From: Patellaria atrata CBS 101060
Taxonomy: Eukaryota
Length of the DNA: 64,000 nucleotides
Direction of reading: 5' to 3'
Assembly: GCA_010093705.1 (NCBI GenBank)
Contig: MU006105.1
Coordinates: 225,960-289,959, forward strand
Made by a program: the position numbers and the translations under genes. Of this stretch, positions 36,940-49,229 are shown piece by piece. A model generated the notes under the pieces. It had not been told where the DNA came from and ran no database searches. It saw nothing but the letters and a program-made list of their open reading frames with translations. Within the stretch, counting starts at the first letter, position 1; each line of letters begins with the position of its first letter.

Positions 36940-39220
36940 ACTAAATAAGTGTCTTACTCTCCTTATCCGGTACTTTTCTTTCACCCTTTCCACCTTACCT
37001 CGCTCCCGCAGCTATTTTCATCGCTAATATGATGTCCTAGGCACCCACGCGCCATCTCCCATCCCCCTATCTCTCTACTCTGTATTCATCTACTTATTAC
37101 TCCACTCCTCACTCCCACCTCACTACGCCTCCTAACACCACAACTCCCCCATATTTACTAATCTCACCGCTCTATCTCCCCCCTCTAAGAAGTGACCGAC
37201 CAACTTATCCTACACCTACACCCACGATCCCCTCCCATCCCCATAGCAAGCCCAACAACTCTCAGAGGAATATGACCAAGCCAATAGTTCTCTCACCAAT
37301 CATTTATCCTATCATGTTTCTATACCGGTATAGCAAAAGCAGAAAAGCCCTAAGCCCTTTTAACCCCTTCCCTCCAGCGGAGATAAAACCATAACCCAAT
37401 ATCGGTATATCTAAGGCTGGGACATGACTGTTTCGTGCCAAGGCATAATACAGGCAGTGCATTACAGTACCTACCTTAACCAACGTAACCGCTCTACTAT
37501 TTCGGGTACGGTATACTTAATAGTATTTAACCTACAAAACAACACAACATAACTAACTTCTCCTCCTCCTTACACCGAGGGTATAGAACTATAGCTCTAA
37601 GCCCAGCCCAACTACATGCCGCATACCACACACCCCCAAGCTAAAATATCCCCCTACATTCCATGATGACGGATAGTAGATAGTAGATCGTAAACAGCAC
37701 CCACCCTCCAACAAACTCCACATTCTTCCAACTTATAACTATATCGGTATATTTTCCCCCGGAATCTACTAAACGTTAAAGATTTGGAAGTGACAAATAG
37801 AAATAATAGTATAGGATAGTATATAAGCCCATAAGCAATAATATCATCTTTCTCCATCTATTATTTCATTCGTAAACACTGTTTAATATCTAGTACCCAG
37901 ATTTCCATTTCCGATAAGCTTTATTTTTTAGCCTTACCGCTGACCCCTATTGACTACGAAACGGCCTATACACCACAAACCAAACGCAAATTCCCCACCC
38001 CCCAGCGATGAAGGAACAGATGGCGTACCCATATCATAAGTCATGAGCTCACCCCTCACTGCGCGACCTGACTCCCAACTCCGCGCCCTCCGGCAAATAA
38101 TAGAAGTCAGAGGTCAGATACCAGATATAGGTTAAGAAAAAGTGATGAAAGGGGCTGTATTGGCTTAGATTACGTTAGATAAGACTATAAGAACTATAGG
38201 CCATACCCCACTTCAGCTCATCTCCACGGGACCCGCGCAACAAGTCAAGCACTCTCCATATAAGATTGCAACTCCCCTATATACCCTCCAAAACTAAAAC
38301 AACAAGATACCCAATCCATGAAGGGAGAAAAACGGCTGATAATAGCAATAGATCGAGTAATTGAGTACTATCTAGTATTTACTAAGGGGGAATACCGGTG
38401 TTAGGCGCTGGGAGAAGGTGGGTAAGTGGGGGGGATGGGTGTATAGAAGGTAGGACTGAGATGGGGGATAGGGTTGATGGGTTGAATTTGCGTTAGGGCG
38501 GTGTAAGAAGAGGTGGTAGTATCGAATACTTAGAGGAGAGTAAATACTAGATACTTGATACTAGATACTAAAAGATACCTAACCCAAGCAACAATCATAC
38601 CGAGCTCAGCGTTAAAAGCGGGTAACAGAGTTTATACACCGAGTTTCTCGCCGGATGTAAGATAAAATATGACCGGGGAGAATTGTGGTTGGAGGTTAGA
38701 GTCCTAGACACGCTAGACATAGATATAGGATAGAGGTCGGGTGTAGATTACGTATCGATTATATAGGATTAAATCTAAGGGCTAGTGCGAGGTTCAGGTA
38801 TAGAACGTATGTATTACTCGGATATGGGCATCATATTCATACCCAAACCCGGGGATACTGTTCCAGTCTAAAGGTCGAGTGGTAGCCGAATATAAACCTC
38901 GGACCGTAAGAATAGGATTTTCATAGCCCGCAGGAGAGTAGTTTAAAGTAGAATCGGGAGTATAGTAGGGAGTATAAGGATTCCCAGATAATGGTGGAAA
39001 GGAAGGAGCGGGGCGAAGGATTATAGATATCTAATAGACGGATAGGGAAATGAGGAATCGGATAGAAGATCAGGGTTAATGCTAGTCGCTGGAGCGTAAA
39101 GAAGATCGGATATCGGCATTTAGAGATGTCGGGTGCTACGCCAGTGTAAGGTCGAGGGTAAGCTTAGGTATAAATGGTAGATATACGGTTGAGTGGAGGC
39201 GGAGTGCTTAAGTATTCAGA
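36940..39220. repeat. TpA-rich, stop-riddled tract; probable RIP-mutated relic of a repeat or duplicated sequence, family unidentified
   Basis: Visible excess of TA/TAG/TAA and scarcity of CA/TG, nearly no ORFs over 2.3 kb, and a short ATACTAG tandem at about 38544-38577. Judged by eye, not computed. Confidence 0.5.
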
Positions 39221-41789
39221 GAGTGTAGGTTCGAATGTAGGGATCGGTTTTATCACGCCGGGTCGAGTACGTAGAACTTGCATGTGAGGTCTCCGTATAA
39301 GGTTCGGGCGTAACTTTAAAGTGTATGATTTGTCTATAGTGTGCGACTGTAGCGTCAGAGTACAGTGTTCGAGAGTAGTGCCAGGTGTATGGGTGGAGTA
39401 TACGGACTTGAACAGGTTCGAGATATGCGGCTCGAGTCAAGGAACAGATGGTCTACTATCAAGTAATTAGCGTAATGGAACTGTCCGGTATCATGTATTG
39501 GGAGTGTTCTTGATCAAGTCTTCAGTCTCGAAGTAACGGGATCCAGTCTTGAATGACGTGTGGTTCTGTACGCGTAATCGTGCCGCAGTCAACAGAGCCG
39601 CTAATATATGGATACATGAACCCCTAACCCCGTAAACTCTTGGATCACACCCGGTTCGGGAGGATGCGAACGGCGGCGGAATTCAAGGTCTGCTGCAATC
39701 GGCGAGGCGTTCTAAGGACGGGGTGGTATATAGGGCCAAGAAAGGATTCTGGTCTCCACCGTGACTGATATTTCCGCCACGGAAATGGGTGATCAGTCAT
39801 GTCAGTGACGGAGTCAAACATGTACCTGGTAGTTCTGTGTAGAAGAGGGTTCCTGAGTGTCAGATAACTCACTTACCAGACTTACCTTTCCCTTTAGCTT
39901 ACACAGAGGCGTTCAGCGTGCTTATCCTCCCTCACCAAAAACAAGTCAAGCCATAAGTCACACAAACCTTCAGCCCAGAAACTCGATGGTCGGTCAAGCC
40001 CACAGCTATAGCTCAACCATCACTCTCAAGGCTACACCTCCTCATTTCCATGCACATTCACCTACCTCAGCCCAGCTTTGACCTCAAGTGAACCCAACCA
40101 ACCACACCCCCCCATATGTATGCTTACTCAGATCAGTTCTCTTGCCAAGAACCACGCCCAACGCCCCACATCACCTTTCTCGCCAATAAGCTGAACGAGG
40201 CAGAGAGATTGAGAATGAAATATACAGGTTCAGTTCACCCACGCTCACCCTCCAGCGGCTAAACGCCGCCCTCCTGCATATCCTTTGCATTGCAGTACAG
40301 CGGAGAGTAACCAGTAAGTGGAAAGAGAGGGGTAAAACGTGCTCCATGCCGTACGACAATTGCAGCGTATATTCTCCAATCATAGTGCCATGGCTAGTCA
40401 TTACGGACATCCTCCCTGGTGTTAAGGAAGCGGAAAGGGTGTCTGAAACTTCCTGTTGAGGGTCTAATGAGAGCGAGTGTGCTAATGGGCGGCTTTATGA
40501 AGCCCCTTGCTCTGTGGCGAGCTACGGTAATGTAGTGGGACCCGATCTCCGTTGAAGAACGTGGACGGGACGGTTATTGGGGGACCTGAGATTGAGGAGG
40601 CGGGGTGTAAGAGATGGCGTCAGGTTTGTGAGATTCATGAGTAGGGCTTTAGCGGAGAGAAAGATAGTAACTGGTGGGTGTGGAGGGGGGTGTTACGAGA
40701 TGGTGTGAACGTGAACAGTTCGCAGCTATGCGGACCGACTCTATAGTGAGGAATGACTGGTGGGCCATTTTGACGTCCTAGAGATGCCTTTATATAGAAA
40801 GATTCTCCTGCTTCTTTCCCAAAGCTTTGCAACATTTAATAAATCGAAGGCAATGTCGGTGGATTACTTCGGGGGAGTCGAGATTATTGTGGGGAAACGG
40901 GGTCCGTCCACGCTGCCCAGAAATATCAGTGCAGATGAGTGTCGCCATGATCACATCGTATTCTCTAATAGACATTGAGGCGATTTTCTTGGAGAGAGTA
41001 TTCTGTAGTAGCGACGGACTTTGTGGTACGAAACGGTGTCATTATGGTATTGGTAGTTTCTAGGCGAACCCCATGTATTTGACACCAACGTTGTGTCTAC
41101 CCAGCGGAGTATGTACAACGATAAACCTTGCAGGAGCATTGCATAGCACATACACATAGGTATGTACGGTCCTAAGTTGTCGATAACAATAACCATTTCG
41201 TTGAGTGTGACCGCTTACGTAACGAGCGTATCCCAACATGGCGTAAGGGAAAAGGGGTTACGTGACACAGTAACAAAACAGAAAATACGCAACATCATAC
41301 AATACCCAACGTGTCTTTCTATCAAAACGTTAGATCACATCAATACTCCAATCGCCGAAAGTAATCTCCCGTGTCCTCACTCGGGTTAACATACCTTTCA
41401 GATGCCTTATTCGTGCTTGCTCTTTCGCCACTTCTTTTGCCACTCCATCCCATATGAGCACGACCGTAAGGAGATATCTCGGTATCGGTTCCCCAAACAG
41501 ACCAGAAGTGCGGAGAAACTCGATCTTCTATCGATGATAAGGGAGGTCCCATGAGTCGTACATATCTCGATTCACCATATATCCTCTTACCACCGATTGC
41601 GGGAGGTGCGTGGGATCGAGGGCATCGTAACGCTTGGCTGAATCCAGATATTCTGAGATATAGCCTACTAATGCGGGGGTGGTAGCAGACTTGCGGATTC
41701 CTCCACATATTTTCAGTTCGCAACGTCGCTGCTGCTACCACTTTTTTGGGAGCGGACGTTCACGCGATCCCCCCAGCACGAATTCCCCC

Positions 41790-42840
41790 TCAACTCCAAC
41801 AAACGCCACAAACTGTAAACAGGAAATGCGGGTGGGTCTCGTCCAACATGGCCAGGTATCGACGTACGTGAGACTCAGCTTGTCTTTCAGTCGCTGCCTT
41901 GTTTACACTCTTGAGAACCACTCTCCGGGGAGTCTGAAGAGTCGTTGAGGCGCCACTTTTTCGATGATCCTGATAGCGACTGCTCGTCACCTGCAGTGGA
42001 CGTTACACCAACTGATACCATAATTCCTTCACCGTTTCTTTTCGAGCTAGGTGGTAGATGTATGGCTGATACACTCCTAACCTAAATCCTTCTGCTGCAG
42101 CTGCACGTCGTACAAGCACGAGGGAGTGCGGTGCCGCGAATCCGAAGTGATTCACAGACATTTTCTCGCGAGGAGGAAAAGGCAAAATAGAAGACCCTGG
42201 GGGTTCACCCAATTGGCGGAACTCAGCAAATTGAGCTGATCGTTGGCTGGTCGAATCGAGACCTACACGTGCCCAGTCCTCCTTGGGAAAGTTGCAGGCC
42301 ATGAATCCCATCACCTGCTCGTATCTTTCGCGAGCTCAGAAGGTGAGATGCCGCTCTTGCTCTCGGCCTATCAATCGACAATCCGGGACTTTTTGGAGAG
42401 TTTTGGTCGTGGATTTTCGTGACCGGACAAGGGGGGGCCTGAGGTCGTTGATTATTACATTCTTCGGTTTGGGACGCGCGCGGTACTGAGTACTGAACTT
42501 TCAGTTAGTGTCAACCTTGTGGACAGCATGGGGGCATTACTTCGTCACGCAATTTGTAGCTTCTTTCCAGTGAAATGGTCGAACTTCCAATGCTGATCGT
42601 ACCAAGCGGCGACATGGTGGCACAGCGGGCACATTGTAGGGGGTTCATTCCTGTCATTCACCCACGCCGAACCTCACTTTTGGAATTATTGCAATATAAC
42701 ATTTATCTGTTACGTGGACGTGGAAGAAAATTTTCTGAGACGTTGAAAATTTTTCGTCATGAGGTATATGTGTAGTAAAACGCGCCGAGATATTTTGTGC
42801 GTACGACTTCCTCCAGTTCGTCCGGACGTTGTTGGACATG
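41790..42840 (-). pseudogene. Possible degenerate gene of unknown family
   Basis: One minus-strand frame stays open from about 42490 to 41790 apart from isolated stops (TGA near 42330, TAA at 42003). Upstream there is an intron-like GTAATG..CTAAC..CAG and a CxxC. No family recognised. Confidence 0.25.
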
Positions 42841-45575
42841 CGTTAAGTCAACGTTTGGGTGCAAAGTCATATACTTACGAATGTACAGGTCTCGAGAACT
42901 GAAAAGCGAGGTCATTCAATACTTTTGATAGTCGTTAGATGGCTTGGACTTTGTGATTGTGGAATTAGGAAGTTTTAGGACGTCATCCACTCGTCAAACG
43001 CAGCATTCAGAAAATGCACATGGGTCAGCTAAGATCGATTTGAAGTACAAGTACAGTAGGGCTAGTTTATGAGTAAAGGTACAATAGATAGTGAGAACAG
43101 CTTTAGGTTGGCTATGATGAATTGGAGGAGTGACAACGAAAACGAAGGTTGGTGTGGTGTTGCGATGGAACTGAAGCTAAATCTGGATCTAACTCAAAAT
43201 GTGATTGCGCCACATCTTGTTGTTGCAAGCCTAGCCCAGCAAGGCTCACGGCTGTTTTTTATTCTACGTCCGTCAACCACGCACTTTGTTCTAGACAGGG
43301 GTAAGTTATAACTTTAAACAGGTAACAAGACCTCTATACCTGGCAGCAAAACTTCCCATATACCTATTTGTCTGAGCAGGATAATATCTCTGGCTTTAGG
43401 GAACGAAGGACCCGATCCAGCCATACTCCATATTAGGAACAGCTTATTCCCATACCGCTTCCAGCCTCACGCGCATCAACCAGTCCTTCGCTAAAGATGC
43501 TAGTATCGACCCGACCATGGTGGCGACGAACTGTCTGCTGGGTTAAGATGCTGACGGTCTGTTCTTCAACACTGCCTGTTTAACCGCTGCAAAGAGATGA
43601 ATATGGGCAAGATTTTGAATTTTTTTGGGGGGGGGAAGGGGGAAGGGGGGGAACCACAGGTTACGGTAAACCCGGACTAGGGTGATCGATGGGGGCTGTT
43701 CAGCAGAGTAAAACTTTTAAGACGGTAAGCTTGCTCAAGCCTTGGGCAATGGAGCTTATGGAGAGAAACCAGAGATAGAAGGGCTGAGTGCATATGACGA
43801 ACGTGATATGTCGGGGAAAGAGATGGATCTACGGTAGTTCTGGTTCTCTCCATGTATGAACACATCGAGGTAGTACAACTTGATCTGAGCATATGCGGAG
43901 ATTGATGAAATATCCATGAGAGAGAAGATGTGGGTTAATGGTAGGTGAGATGTGGCATAGGGAGGTGTGAAGAGGTGGGGGTTTAGGGAGAGCTTCTATA
44001 AGCTGACCTATCTTGTCTGTTGTACAGGGGTTCTTGGAAATCAAGGTAAGAAGTCCATGAAATTGCAAGCATCATATATATTGAATTGCACCGAACCAGT
44101 GGGTGCTTAGGGCCAGTTGAAAGCATGTTCTTCCAAATACAGTATGTTGATTTTCATCTTCGCACGTTGCCTGGAAATATTTATTGCCTTATAGCCAATT
44201 TTCGGCAACGCTTGATTACCGGTAGGGCGATCCTATAAACTGGTTTACTGTTTTGTCGAGAAGCATTTTGTGGCTGGAAGGGGATATCGGCTCGGATATC
44301 ACACTTCTTTCTTGATCATACCTTACCGTTATCAGCAGCCATGTAAGCGACCGTCACCTGGCAAAGAAAATTGTCAAAATAGCATCATGGGGGCTGTTTA
44401 TATGAGTTCGGAGCATTAAAACTCACAGGGCATAGTAGAAGCTTAACTTATGCTGTGTAAGTTTCGGTTCGGTCATGACGGCCCGGTCCATAGAACCATG
44501 TTGACTCAGGGCACATGGCGTCTGTTTGTGTACCAGTACGCGTGTATCGCCAGCTGCTGATTGTTTAACGATATTTAGACCAACTGCTATTTGTCAGTTA
44601 GACAAGGAAACTCTATCTAGTCCTTCCTGGCGAATACGAGCAACGTCTGATCTTCAAGAATCCCGGTGGTTTTGTCGTTGGTTAAACTTCATTTTGTTAG
44701 CAAGTTTGTTCGCTCTTGTTGTTTCATTGCCGTAAACAGTTACTCATTCCCCTGCCTGCTTTCACCTCAGCTTGTATCATTTTACTACTCTAAGGATTAT
44801 TTCTCCTCTCGCTCTGATATCGGTTTGCCTCCAATGCTGACATCTGGAAATCTTGTGTCGCTACGCTGACTGGGGAGCTGTACGACTATGTCATTGTTGG
44901 TTGTGAGAGGAGTTGACACTGCTAGATACTTTTCCTTTGGTCCTCAAATTAGCGAGCGGTTCTGATATGGTCATGCAATAAGGGATACTCCGTATTCTGA
45001 GTAGAATATAGAATCTAACATACCCGTTTCTTAACTCCCGTGCGCTTGGCGGCTGCGGCTGCGCGTGTAGTTATGTCGATCGTTCGCCAGTCAGTTCAAG
45101 AGGGGTCATGCACTTTAATCTATGATGCTAGCATCTTTCGCCCAGCAGTCACCGGAAGCAATTTACTGCTGCAGCGAATGTCGCGCTTCAGCTCTTTTGT
45201 GGATGCTTACCGCACTTCATCCCAGATCCTCGCGAGTCTGATAAGTTGGTGTTGTGGAGTTCACCGGAGTGTCCGCTACTTTTGGCATGTTCTCCGTGAG
45301 AGCTCCGATCCGTCGGGTTCTTGTATTCGCCGGATCGGAACCATAATATCTATGTCGTAGAGAATATTCAAGGAATGGCGGTGTTAAAATTGAGAATTGT
45401 TTCGAAGAGATGTCCGTAATTTGGTCGTGTAACAATTCTAAATCTGTATCTTGAAAGGATGTAGACCTTGGTTAGAATTAGTAGTAGGGAATGAGACCGT
45501 GGACGAGGTCAAGATCTGAAGCATGTTAGATGATTTGAGATTGGTGTTGTACCAGAAGGTAATGAATGTTCTAGG

Positions 45576-45577
<2 letters not shown>

Positions 45578-45618
<41 letters not shown>
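45578..45618. repeat. Perfect (AGT)13 microsatellite
   Basis: Read directly from the sequence. Confidence 0.97.
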
Positions 45619-46683
45619 CCTACACGCTTCTAGTCTTGTTGTTTGCATGTTTGGGGGTGAAGAGCTGAAAACCGAACTATCTTACTTTGAGTGAGATCAC
45701 CTAATCAAGCTGAGTGTAAACTGGCACGACTGGATGAAGCCACAAGAAAATCGCGTTGGGAGATTGAAATCGGGTATACCTTGTTTCTTAACTGGAATGT
45801 GAGACAAAAGCAACGAGGCCGATATAGCTCACTTGGTCTCCAGTTGAGAAACATGCGGAGGTTAATGAAGATCGTGGACTATATGATTGTGCAAACGGGG
45901 CCGCCCACGCGCTACAATTCTACTGATTGGACTAGCTTGAGGAGAAAGTAAATAATAAAATATCTGTAATTATACAGACCAAACCTCCATCATTATCCGT
46001 GACTCTTGACTTTTCTTTCATGTGTAGGCTCATGCCCAAGTCACAAACTCAGCCGTTTAATTTGCCTCATAACAGCACCGTGTCTACATTCGTTTACCGT
46101 ATAACATTGCATGACAATTTTCCTGTCCATTAATAACTGTTCCGTAACTCCACTTACACCACTCATTCGTCCAATCAAGAGAAGACATGCCTTGGTAAGT
46201 GGTACCATGTTCTTGTCAACATTAAGAAAATACAACCCAATGAAATACCTAGAAAGACATTGGAGAGAGATTAAAATAACAAATAGTAGAAAGGAATAAA
46301 TGAGGTTTGATTGTATGAGCGGCTAAACGAAGCCTGCATTGCGGTCTTCCTAGGGCGCCATCCATGTTCCGTGAATTCAAGAAATAGTGATTCTGTTCTT
46401 TCCCCGAGCGCCGGCAATGCCGCGGTGAGTACCATGAGATGTGAAGGATTTACCGTATTAGTTTTGATTCTTTTTAATGATGTCGAGTGAGGCGGTAAGA
46501 TGCTATCAAATGTGTAAAGCGAATGCCGTCCAAATATTAACTTCAATTGATCGTGACATATCATGAATTCCGATTATCTTCGTCTAGGTCGTACGAAAAG
46601 ATATCAACTCTTCGAGATTGTGAAGCTCCCGCTGATGATGTTGTGAAGATTGACTGCGATCGGACCATCGTGCGCTGTAAATC

Positions 46684-49229
46684 TCAGTCTGCATAAGCAT
46701 CGATGAGTGGGTAAGCTTCTCGGCTAGTTTCTGTGCCCTGATATTTCCCGTAGCCAAGTGACCATGAGCCTGGTAATGACAATGGCAATGGCAGCCCTTG
46801 TGATGTGTATTCTTCCTTGACTCTCCTATGTTTATCGTCATCTTTGCTAGGGCTTGGAAGTCCAACCTCAAATATCGGATTCGCGTAATAATGATAGCCG
46901 TTGAAATTATCAACAGACTTCCGCTCATCCTCATCCATCATGTTCTGGTCACCAACAAGGCTATCATTAGGTCCGCCACTAATGGAACTAGCAGAGCTGA
47001 CAGAATGACTTGATAGAGGGCTGGGATCCATCGAATAATGACTTCCTCTATAGTGACCACCTCCAATTCCGCTTGTGCCTAACATTGTCAGGTTGGTGTT
47101 CAACCCGCGACCGGGAGGGGCTACACTGCCGCCCGTGAACGGATGATGGGGACCACTGCCATTGCCACTCCCGGACGAGCCACCTCGCGATCCGGAATTA
47201 TGTGGTCCTTCATTTTGGTAGTGGCTCGGAGATCGTCCACGCACGACCACCTGTGCACTAGATCTGTATGCAATCTTTTCCCAACGTGGTTTTGATTCCC
47301 TAGGATCTCTAACATCAACGTGGAGCTCCACGATGAGATGATAATATTGTTGCTGGGCCCTTCTCTTTCCATTGTTTGCGGTCGCACTTTTGAACTGTAT
47401 TCTTTCAAATGTGTGAGAGAAATTGTTGACGCCATGTCCAGCTGTGCCATACGGTTGTTCTCGGTCTTCACCTTGAAGAGGAAGGTATGGCCCGGGTAGT
47501 TGCGCTGAAGATGTCGGGAATGGATTTATCTGGTAACCGTGCGGGTCCACTTGAGATTTTCCTAGAGGGGTAGGTGCAAGCTTCTCATATTGAATTTGCA
47601 ACTGCGGTCCTTTGTCTCGTTTGGGTGTGTGCTGAACGAGCTCAATCGACTTTCCAGCAGTTCCATCTACGGTTGCAGATATGATCATGGCCATGGCTTG
47701 CACCTTCTGCGGTGGGCCATCCTGATCAAGATTAACATATAGATGGCCATTCGAAATGTAAGGTTCAAGCGTAAACGACACATTGACGCTGAAATAATTT
47801 CGGCGATAGCATGTCCACGTTCGTGTTTCTCCGGAGATGAAGAAACCCTTCTCTATTTTGCAGTTGATAATTGGATTCACTGACTGTCCGTCGCACGTCA
47901 GCTCGCGTATGTTTTCTTGCTTCCCGAAAGGTGGCGTGTCTTCTGATCTCGCATTGTGCGAGGAATACATCCCCATGCCAGCACCGTAGGAGGCTTGTTG
48001 GCCGGACATGTTGCTGTTAGCCACAATGGTTCGTGGGGTATCCGGAATGGAACCGTAACCCCTATAAGGTTCTGCGTGATGACGTGGAGATAGAGGATTA
48101 TGTGAAAAAGAGTTATGCCTATTAGCAAAAGGTGCTGCTGCCGTCGTGTATCGAGCCGTTGCGCTTAAGCTTGGTGAAACTTGGTGGTCTGCTGTTGTCC
48201 TTGACGGAGGTAACATTCCCAAAGGCGAATGGTCCGTTCTAGGAGATTTAAAGTTAGCTGGCCTGAGATTGAAGCCACACAGGAACGGCCGATAGGAGAG
48301 TGGAAGAATAAAATGCCGGCAAGTGATACGTACAAGGATTGCAATTTCCCCCTCGCATATGAATTGGGGAAACCTCCTTGATTGGAAAACAGGTGTGGTG
48401 CTGTTGTGAACGAATTGCCCAGTTGCAAGGCTGGCTGCTGGTGAGAGTATAAACTCGGAGGTGGACAGGATGGAAAAGGTATGGAGGAAGAATTTGAACT
48501 CGGGCTGGTGGAGATTGAGCCGGAACTTGAATCTGAGATTCCTGACCCACTTTGATACCTAAAAGTTTACCAACGGTCAGCCATGCCGGTGAATTCTAAA
48601 AATCAGCTCGAAAGATATTCAAAGCAGAGAGCGGAAGGCTGGGTATGTGTAACAGGGGAGCAAAAACGGGCGGCACGGCTAAGGTGCGAATCTCGAGAAC
48701 GACATTGCCCAGGGTTGTCGTGTGATCAGGTAAAGACCACGCTGTTGGGATAGACTGGTGAGCCGTACGGTTGGAACTGTACGACGGAAAGCAATACTAG
48801 ACAGGAAGACGTGTTTGTTTTCGATGGTGTGTAAGAAATCGAAGGGGGGTTTTAGAACTAGGTAGAGCTTTGGGCAGCAGTAGCCTCGAGGTATAGTACG
48901 AGCGGGACGAACGATTTGCTGTGAGCCAAGGCAACGCCACGGGAATCATAAGGGTCCGTGTTATGATGAAAGATCCAATGAAAAAAGAATACCTACACTG
49001 GGTCATGCCCTGGCCTATGGGGGGGAATGTAACGCATGTTATTGTTGGTCGATTGGATGGACATGACATTGGCCGGCTGGCTTAATGCTCCGTCACGCCT
49101 AAGGTGATGATCTTGGACCCCTCCAGATGCATAGTTGGTATGATGATGTGCATGATGGCCAATTTCGATGCATTCTGGCTCCGAAGGGAGAGTATAATCG
49201 GATCCCAGTGAATGGATCTGCTGGGGCAT
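46684..49229 (-). CDS. NDT80: NDT80/PhoG-family transcription factor (NdtA/FSD-1-like); proposed exons 49229-48997, 48558-48334, 48238-46684
   Basis: DNA-binding domain motifs KIEKGFF, WTCYRRNYF, LVQHTPKRDKGP, FERIQFKSATANNGKRRAQQQYYHLIVEL and VVVRGRSPSHY. Two upstream phase-2 introns (GTAGGT..CTGAC..TAG; GTACGT..CTAAC..TAG) join in frame. The start codon is less certain than the domain. Confidence 0.9.

Noticed and set aside
37040..38490. Possible degenerate inverted repeat between the C-rich (37040-37150) and G-rich (38390-38490) tracts
   Set aside because: Only short matches such as CCTAACACC and TCCCCC, which the low complexity and skew flip can explain. No TIR or target-site duplication could be defined.
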